From Planctomycetota bacterium (GTDB lineage Bacteria; Planctomycetota; PLA2; JAEUHO01), in assembly GCA_965223505.1 (NCBI GenBank), contig CBDCWP010000012.1, positions 64,001-128,000 on the forward strand: a stretch of 64,000 nt of DNA. Direction: 5' to 3'. This document shows positions 57,384 to 64,000 of the stretch, in pieces (position 1 is the first letter of the stretch; every line of letters begins with the position of its first letter). A program made the position numbers and the translations under genes. The notes beneath the pieces were generated by a model. The model was not told the DNA's origin and did not search any database. It was given only the letters and a program-made list of their open reading frames with translations.

Positions 57384-58334
57384 ATGAAGGTGTGTGTCAC
57401 CGGAGGCGCCGGGTTCATCGGATCCCATCTGGTGGACCGTCTGGTTCGGGACGGTCATGACGTCACCGTTCTCGACAACCTCAGCACCGGCTCGATCGAC
57501 AATCTGGCGGGGTCGCTTCAACACGTGGAGTTGCTGCAAGAGGACCTGCGCGACGCCGATGCCGTTGCCCGGGCGGTCGCGGGTGCGGAGGTCGTGTTTC
57601 ACCAGGCCGCATTGGCCGCCGTGGCGCGCAGCGTCGAGAACCCCCGCGAGGTCACGGACGTGAACCTGGGCGGCACGCTCAACGTCTTGATCGCCGCGCG
57701 CGACGAGGGCGTACGACGGGTGGTGTTCGCGAGCTCGTCGTCGGTCTACGGCGATACGCCGACGCTCCCGAAGGTCGAGTCGATGCCCAACGCGCCGCTG
57801 TCCCCGTACGCGGCGTCGAAGTCGTCCGCCGAGTCGTACTTGTCCGGCTTTCAGGGTTCGTACGGCCTCGAAACGGTCGCCCTTCGCTACTTCAACGTGT
57901 TCGGGCCGCGTCAGTCGCCCCAATCGCTTTACGCGGCCGTCGTACCGTTGTTCATCGACGCCATGCAGAACGGGCGGGCGCCGACGGTCTACGGTGACGG
58001 CGAGCAGACGCGCGACTTCACGTACGTCGCCGACGCCGTCGAGGCGAATTGCCGCGCCGCCTTCGCGCCCGCGCCCGACGGGCGTCCGATCAACATCGGC
58101 GGTGGCCGGCGCATCAGCATCAACGAGCTGGTCCGCGTCGTCGCCGAGCGAACCGGGTTCAAGGGCGAGGCGAGGTACGAGCCGGCGCGCGTCGGCGACG
58201 TGCGCCACTCGTTGGCGGACATCACACGAGCGCGGGACTGGATGGGCTGGGCGCCGACGACGACGCTGGCCGAAGGAGTCGATCGCATCGTGACCGGTGC
58301 CGAAAACAGTCAGGCGGTGGGGGCGACGTCCTAG
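57384..58334 (+). CDS. NAD-dependent epimerase/dehydratase (WbpP-like UDP-HexNAc 4-epimerase)
   Basis: TGGAGFIG, SSSSVYG, YAASK, RYFNVFGPRQ, QTRDFTYV. Confidence 0.92.
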   Translation: MKVCVTGGAGFIGSHLVDRLVRDGHDVTVLDNLSTGSIDNLAGSLQHVELLQEDLRDADAVARAVAGAEVVFHQAALAAVARSVENPREVTDVNLGGTLNVLIAARDEGVRRVVFASSSSVYGDTPTLPKVESMPNAPLSPYAASKSSAESYLSGFQGSYGLETVALRYFNVFGPRQSPQSLYAAVVPLFIDAMQNGRAPTVYGDGEQTRDFTYVADAVEANCRAAFAPAPDGRPINIGGGRRISINELVRVVAERTGFKGEARYEPARVGDVRHSLADITRARDWMGWAPTTTLAEGVDRIVTGAENSQAVGATS

Positions 58335-58382
58335 GGCGCGCCGTTCACCGATGGGACGTGGACGAGGAACGAGAAACGCGAG

Positions 58383-59747
58383 ATGACGAAGTCACTTGCT
58401 GACCGAATCAACGACCGTTCGTGCTGCTACGGCGTCATCGGCCTCGGCTATGTCGGCCTGCCGCTGGCGCTCGCCTTCGCCGAGCGGGGCCTGCAGGTCA
58501 TCGGCTACGACGTCGACGGCGGCAAGGTCGAGGACGTCAATGCCGGGCGCTCCTACATCCCCGACGTCGACAGCGCGGCGCTCGCCGAACAGGTGCGCGC
58601 CGGCCGGTTCAAGGCGACCGCCGAAGGGGCTCGCCTGGCCGAGGCCGACGTCATCAGCATCTGCGTGCCGACACCGCTCTCCAAGAGCCGCGACCCGGAC
58701 CTTTCCTATGTCGAAGCAGCCCTTCGAAGCGTGGAGAAGATCCTGCGGCCCGGGCAGCTGGTGGTGCTGGAGAGCACGACGTATCCCGGCATGACCGAGG
58801 AGTACCTCTTGCCGCGTCTTCAGGCCGGGGGGCTGAAGGCGGGCCGCGACTTCTGGTTGGCGTTCTCGCCCGAGCGGGTCGATCCCGGCAACCGCGTCTA
58901 CGGGGTGCACAACACGCCGAAGGTCGTCGGCGGCGTCGATCCGACCTCCACCGAGATGGCCTCGAACTTCTACCGCATTGCCATCGAACACGTCCATCCC
59001 GTCAGCTCGGCGTCGGCGGCGGAGACCGTCAAGCTGCTCGAGAACACCTTCCGCAGCGTCAACATCGGCCTGGTCAACGAGGTCGCGCTCATGTGCGACC
59101 GGCTCGGTCTGGACGTGGGCGAGATCATCGGCGCGGCGTCGACCAAGCCGTTCGGCTTCATGCCGTTTCAGCCCGGCCCGGGGATCGGCGGCCACTGCAT
59201 TCCGCTCGACCCGATCTACCTCTCGTGGAAGCTGCGCACGCTCGACTATCGAGCGCGATTCGTCGAGCTGGCGCAGGACGTGAACACCGGGATGCCCCGG
59301 TACCTGGCCGAGCGCGTCACGGCCGCGCTCAACGACCGCCGCAAGAGCGTCAAGGACTCGAAGATCCTCGTCCTCGGCGTCGCCTACAAGGCGGGTGTCG
59401 ACGACACCCGCGAGAGCCCGGCGCTCGAGGTGATGCGACTGCTCTTGCAGCGGGGAGCGGACGTGAGCTACGCGGATCCCTACGTCAAGACCGTGACCGT
59501 CTCCGATCGGCTCTTCACGCACCTGCCGCTGTCGCCCGAGCTGCTCGCGGACGTGGACTGTGTCGTCGTCACGACGGATCACGCCGAGTTTCCCTGGGAC
59601 GACGTCGCGGAACACGCGGCGCTCATCGTCGACGCCCGGGGCGTGGTGCCTCACGAGAAGGTGCGCGGCACGCTCGTGCCCTTGAGCGGACCCGCGCGAG
59701 AGGGCGCCGGGCAGGACGCTCCGTCCCGAGCGAGAACCGAGTCATGA
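58383..59747 (+). CDS. Nucleotide-sugar dehydrogenase (UDP-GlcNAc 6-dehydrogenase-like)
   Basis: GLGYVG, CVPTP, ESTTYPG, SPERVDPG, GGHCIPLDP. Confidence 0.93.
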   Translation: MTKSLADRINDRSCCYGVIGLGYVGLPLALAFAERGLQVIGYDVDGGKVEDVNAGRSYIPDVDSAALAEQVRAGRFKATAEGARLAEADVISICVPTPLSKSRDPDLSYVEAALRSVEKILRPGQLVVLESTTYPGMTEEYLLPRLQAGGLKAGRDFWLAFSPERVDPGNRVYGVHNTPKVVGGVDPTSTEMASNFYRIAIEHVHPVSSASAAETVKLLENTFRSVNIGLVNEVALMCDRLGLDVGEIIGAASTKPFGFMPFQPGPGIGGHCIPLDPIYLSWKLRTLDYRARFVELAQDVNTGMPRYLAERVTAALNDRRKSVKDSKILVLGVAYKAGVDDTRESPALEVMRLLLQRGADVSYADPYVKTVTVSDRLFTHLPLSPELLADVDCVVVTTDHAEFPWDDVAEHAALIVDARGVVPHEKVRGTLVPLSGPAREGAGQDAPSRARTES

Positions 59748-61378
59748 GCTGGTTCTTCGAAGCCATCGGCCGAGGTCTGGGCGTCGCGTGGTCGCATCGC
59801 TGGCTCTTCGCGGTGCCGGTCGCCACGCTGCTGCTGCCCGTGACGATCTACGCCGTGCGGTTGCCCGACACCTACGAGGCCACCGCCGTCGTGCGCGCCA
59901 CCGAATACAGCTCGGGTGACACCGCGCGCGATCTGCCCGGCCAGCGCAGCGGCCAGGTCTATCAGACGGCCGCGACGGCCCGCGACCGTCTGTACTCGAA
60001 CGAGGTGCTCAAGTCGATCGTGCCGGTCCTGGCGCCCGGTGACGATCCGGACGACTACCGCGTGGTCGAGAAGCTCAGCAAGCTCGTCGAGTACGACCGT
60101 CTCACGGACTTCTCGTTCGAGATCGCGATCACGGACACCGAGCCCGAGCGTGCCAAGACCGCGGTCAACACGCTCATCAAGGCGTTCCTCGAAGAGGAGC
60201 GCAAGGGACCGCTGCGCCGTGCGGAGACCCAGAAGAAGTTCTTCGAAGGCGAAGCGGCGAAGGCGAAGGACGCGTTCGTCGAGATCGCGACGGCGCTGGA
60301 CACGTTCCGCACCGAGAACGCCGCGACGCTTCCGGAAGCGAAGGACGCGATCGACCAGGAGCTCTCGACGGTGCGTACGGAGCTCCTGCTTCAGAAGCAG
60401 CTGGCGAGCTCCGCCCAGCGCCGCGTCGAGTTCCTGACCGAGCAGCTCACGCGCCGGGGCATGGAGGACGCCGCCAGTCTCACCCGGCCCACGACGGCCG
60501 AGGAGAAGCAGCTCGAGCTGCAGCTCGGCAACGAACAGGCGGCCATCAACGACGCGCGCAAGCGGCTCGCCGAGGCGCGCCGGCGCTGGACCGAGAAGCA
60601 CCCGAACGTGCGCGGCATCCAGACGGAGCTCGACGAGCTGAAGTCCAATGCGCGCGCCACGGTTACCGCGCTCAAGGCCGCGCGCGAAGCGGCCGACAAG
60701 CGCGCCGCCGACGCCCACAAGCGCCGCTCACAGGGTCCGCTGGACACGTTGCGCTCGATGCGCGTCGAGGCGCAGGCGGAGTCCGCTCGGGCCAACGAGC
60801 AGGTGCTCGCCTTCACCGCGAAGATGAGCGAGCTCCAGGCGCGCCTGGCGCGCATCCCGGCCACGAAGGCGCTGCTGGATCCGCTGCTGCTCGAGAAGGC
60901 GGAGGCGCAGAAGCGTCTCGACGCGCTCGAGAAGGAAGCGCGCAAGGCGGCCGAGGACGCCAACTTCCTGCGCGAGAGCGAGGTCACCGACGTCACCGAG
61001 TTCGACGTCGACCGCTGGGCCGTGGCGCCGACCGCGCCGACGGGTCCCAAGCGCATGCGCTACTTCTTCACGGCGATCGCGTTGGGCCTGCTGATCGGCT
61101 ACGGCCTGATCGTCCTGCGCCGGCGTTTCGAGGAGCAGACGATCACCCGCGCCGACGATCTCTCGAGCCTGCTGCCGGGCGCCATGGTCGTGAACGTGCC
61201 CTTGCTACCGGACGGGCGCGGAGGCGGGGGCGCCGTCGCTGCCCACGCCGTGCGCGAGCTGGTGCTGACGGTGTGGGTTCTCGGCTGCGTCGGCTTGAGC
61301 ATGCTCGCGATCGCGGCGCACCGTGGGTTGGTCGAAGCGCCCGCGTGGCTGTCCGCGTTGTTCGGAGGTGGCGCATGA
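59744..61378 (+). CDS. Polysaccharide chain-length determinant (GumC/Wzz-like co-polymerase)
   Basis: N-terminal TM + LPDTYEATA; long coiled coil with TEKHPNV; C-terminal TMs. Confidence 0.85.
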   Translation: MSWFFEAIGRGLGVAWSHRWLFAVPVATLLLPVTIYAVRLPDTYEATAVVRATEYSSGDTARDLPGQRSGQVYQTAATARDRLYSNEVLKSIVPVLAPGDDPDDYRVVEKLSKLVEYDRLTDFSFEIAITDTEPERAKTAVNTLIKAFLEEERKGPLRRAETQKKFFEGEAAKAKDAFVEIATALDTFRTENAATLPEAKDAIDQELSTVRTELLLQKQLASSAQRRVEFLTEQLTRRGMEDAASLTRPTTAEEKQLELQLGNEQAAINDARKRLAEARRRWTEKHPNVRGIQTELDELKSNARATVTALKAAREAADKRAADAHKRRSQGPLDTLRSMRVEAQAESARANEQVLAFTAKMSELQARLARIPATKALLDPLLLEKAEAQKRLDALEKEARKAAEDANFLRESEVTDVTEFDVDRWAVAPTAPTGPKRMRYFFTAIALGLLIGYGLIVLRRRFEEQTITRADDLSSLLPGAMVVNVPLLPDGRGGGGAVAAHAVRELVLTVWVLGCVGLSMLAIAAHRGLVEAPAWLSALFGGGA

Positions 61379-62076
61379 AGGCCTCGAGCGATCTCGTGCC
61401 GCGCAACGACACGGGCGCGGTGCTCGCCGTGCGCGACGGCAACCGGTTGCGCCCGCTCGAACGGCCCGACCCGGAGACGGCGAACGGCTACCTGCGACTG
61501 ACGGCGCACATCCTGTTGCGCGCCCAACGCCAGCTCTTCCGCTCCATCGGCGTCATCAGCGCGCGCGACGGCGAGGGCAAGACGACCGCGGCCGTGAACC
61601 TCGCCCTGTGTCTCGGCCGCACGCGCGGCCGCACGGGTCGTGTCCTGCTCGTGGACGGCGACGCGCGCCACCGCACGCTGACGAAGCTCATCACGGGGGA
61701 CATGTCCGACGTCGATCGCGAAGAGGCGGCCAAGCACCCGATGCTCGTCGCGACCGGCTTCGAGGGCGTCGACCTGATGACGGCGCCCGTTGCGCCCGAC
61801 GGACTCACGCTGCACGACCCGGCTGCGTGGGCCCAGACGATTCACGATCTCAGCGACCGCTACGCGCAGATCGTCATCGATTGCCCGTCCGTGCTCGACA
61901 ACCCGGAGGGCATGGTCCTGCGCGAGTGCGCAGAAGAGTTGGTGCTGGTCGTGCGCTCGGGCCGCACGACCCGCAAGACGATCGAGCAGGCGCTCGGCAG
62001 CGTGAACAAGCGCGTGCTCGGCGTGATCCTCAACGGTGGCGCGACCGCGCGCCGAAACGTGAGAAGCGCCTCGTGA
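61375..62076 (+). CDS. CpsD/CapB-like BY-kinase domain
   Basis: Walker A GEGKTT, A' LLVDGD, B VIDCP; GVILN. Confidence 0.85.
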   Translation: MKASSDLVPRNDTGAVLAVRDGNRLRPLERPDPETANGYLRLTAHILLRAQRQLFRSIGVISARDGEGKTTAAVNLALCLGRTRGRTGRVLLVDGDARHRTLTKLITGDMSDVDREEAAKHPMLVATGFEGVDLMTAPVAPDGLTLHDPAAWAQTIHDLSDRYAQIVIDCPSVLDNPEGMVLRECAEELVLVVRSGRTTRKTIEQALGSVNKRVLGVILNGGATARRNVRSAS

Positions 62077-63485
62077 CGCCGCCCTCCGCCACCGCCGCCG
62101 CCCTGCGCGTTCCCGTTCAGCGGAGCGAGCCCGTTTCGCAACCGCGTGTGGCGCTCAGCCCTGCGCACCCGGCGGCCGTCATCATTCCGCCCGTGGTGCT
62201 CTATCTCGTGACGATCGCCGTCGCGACGATGGTCCACGGCTTGACGGTCTCGCTGACGTACACGCCGTCGGTCTGGACGCTGCTGCGAGCCGGCACGCTG
62301 GCCGCGCTCCAGCTGCCGGCCCTGTACGTCGTCCGCGCCGCGGCCGAAGGCGCCGGCGGCAGGCGGCTCGCACAGGCGCTCGTGCCCGCCATGGGCGCCG
62401 TACTGGTCGTCGCGCTCGACGCGCTGTTGCCGGGCGAGTTCCTGCATCCCGCAACGCTCTTCGTCATCTGGGGCGTGTCGGTCTCGGCGCAGCCTGCGGC
62501 GCGCCGCTGGCGCGACTGGTGGGTGCGGTATCGCCCGCGCAGAGTCAGCCTGCTCGCGTCGACCGAGTGGGGCGCACAGGAGGCGATCGACCGGCTCGAG
62601 CACATTCCCGGCCTCATGATCTCCAACGTCGTGATCCCCGGCTGCAACATCGACACCTCGACCCGCCTGCTGGGCCGTCCCACGAGCCACACGGCCGCCG
62701 GCGCGATGCGGCTCGAGCGGCGCGTGATCGTCTCCAGCCCGCTCAAGGACCCGGCCGTCGGCGCGCTCATCGCGCAGATGGTCGCGCTGGGACACAGCAT
62801 CAGCAGCGAGTCCTCGCTGCACCGCGCCGCCGAGGGGCGTGTCTGCACGCTGCGCGCCGATCCGCTCAACCTCCTGATGAGCCGTCCATCACACTGGTTC
62901 CACGACCTGACCTCGCGCGTGTTGGACGTCGTGCTCGCCGCCGGTCTGCTCGTGCTGACCGCGCCGCTGTTCCTGCTCGTTGCGACGGCCATCGCGCTCG
63001 AGACCGGCGCGCCGGTCTTCTACCGCCAGCGTCGTGTCGGCATGCGCGGCCGCCTGTTCGACGTGGTGAAGTTCCGATCGATGTACGTGAACGCGGAGCA
63101 GATGAGCGGACCCGTCTGGGCCGCGCAGGACGACCCGCGCGTCACGAAGGTCGGGCGGTTCATCCGCAAATACCGACTGGACGAGCTGCCGCAGCTCTTC
63201 AACGTGCTGGTGGGACACATGGCGTTGGTCGGGCCGCGTCCCGAGCGCCCGCACTTCTTCAGCGAGCTGCGTCGGGATGTCCCGATCTTCGAGCTGCGCA
63301 CGTGCGTTCGTCCCGGCGTGACCGGTTGGGCGCAGGTTCGCGCGCCGTACGCGGCCGGCATCGAGGACTCGCGCGAGAAGCTCGAGTTCGACCTGTACTA
63401 CGTGCTGCATCGATCGCTTTGGATGGACATGGCGATCCTCCTCGAGACCGCCGGCGTCGCGCTGCGCGGCAGCGGCGCGCGCTAG
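62073..63485 (+). CDS. Priming sugar (phosphoglycosyl) transferase, WcaJ family
   Basis: KFRSM, DPRVT.VG.FIR..RLDELPQL.NVL.G.M.LVGPRPE, PGVTGWAQV, DLYY. Confidence 0.93.
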   Translation: MTPPSATAAALRVPVQRSEPVSQPRVALSPAHPAAVIIPPVVLYLVTIAVATMVHGLTVSLTYTPSVWTLLRAGTLAALQLPALYVVRAAAEGAGGRRLAQALVPAMGAVLVVALDALLPGEFLHPATLFVIWGVSVSAQPAARRWRDWWVRYRPRRVSLLASTEWGAQEAIDRLEHIPGLMISNVVIPGCNIDTSTRLLGRPTSHTAAGAMRLERRVIVSSPLKDPAVGALIAQMVALGHSISSESSLHRAAEGRVCTLRADPLNLLMSRPSHWFHDLTSRVLDVVLAAGLLVLTAPLFLLVATAIALETGAPVFYRQRRVGMRGRLFDVVKFRSMYVNAEQMSGPVWAAQDDPRVTKVGRFIRKYRLDELPQLFNVLVGHMALVGPRPERPHFFSELRRDVPIFELRTCVRPGVTGWAQVRAPYAAGIEDSREKLEFDLYYVLHRSLWMDMAILLETAGVALRGSGAR

Positions 63486-63500
63486 ACCGCACCGAACGGG

Positions 63501-64000
63501 CTAGACGCTACGTTCCTTCCAGGTTCCGCGCCGGAACCAGAACGCCACGACGAACGCACGCGCCGCGGCGGTCGCCATGATCACCCACCAGATGCCCTCG
63601 ACGCCCCAGCCGAGCTCGAACGCCGCGAGCCACGCCAACGGAATGCGCGCCAGCGAGAACGTGATGCCGATGAGCGTCGGCGGCAACGTGAGCCCGGCCC
63701 CGCCGAACGCCCCGTCCAAGACGAGCTCGACGGCTTGCGGGATGAGACAGATCGCGACGATGCGGTAGTACGCCGCCGCGTAGTCGCGCGCCGCGACCTC
63801 GTCGGCGAACAGCCCCGCGATCTGCTCGTCGAGCGTGAAGAGCACGATGCTCCACAGACCGCACAACGTCGCGCACTGCAGCGCCGCGCGCCACGCGGCC
63901 CGCTCGGCGCCTTCGGGGTCGTTCGCGCCGAGGCGCCGTCCGACGAGCGCTGCGGCGGCCGACGCCCAGCCCAACCCTAGCACGTAGGCGACGCCTTCGC
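63501..64000 (-). CDS. MATE family efflux transporter (C-terminal part; 5' end outside the window)
   Basis: AAAALVGRRLGA...AERAA, ARIPLA, GVEGIW, FRRGTWK. Confidence 0.85.
   Translation of the reverse strand, partial: EGVAYVLGLGWASAAAALVGRRLGANDPEGAERAAWRAALQCATLCGLWSIVLFTLDEQIAGLFADEVAARDYAAAYYRIVAICLIPQAVELVLDGAFGGAGLTLPPTLIGITFSLARIPLAWLAAFELGWGVEGIWWVIMATAAARAFVVAFWFRRGTWKERSV

Overview
GC-rich bacterial window, probably Planctomycetota (inferred from a BBP7-like beta-barrel, a YdjY-like protein, the ClpC N-terminus and a small helical protein beside mcsB). The left ~26 kb is mostly housekeeping and signalling: MoaD/ThiS plus beta-propeller pair, DUF523, dgt, dtd, VIT-vWA with a two-component system, PAP2, a NAT-like protein, a TPR/secretin-like protein, thiE, ino1, mcsA-mcsB-small ORF-clpC, and murD. 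The right ~37 kb is an exopolysaccharide/cell-surface region: Wza, Wzx, Wzy-like, split Wzc, priming transferase, GT2/GT4s, three deacetylases, two CapK-like ligases and GNATs. It is interrupted by a beta-barrel gene and a duplicated module of a giant IPT/TIG-repeat + beta-propeller lipoprotein with a small membrane-anchored partner. Features the ORF track misses: a DUF3179 gene read through an in-frame TGA (UxxC with a SECIS-like hairpin, probable selenoprotein), GTAG-type REP elements that supply stop codons, two sigma54-type promoters, a 15-bp direct repeat in the clpC leader, and several probable leaderless genes. I saw no rRNA, tRNA, CRISPR array or transposase. All family calls come from motif recognition by eye, not database searches.
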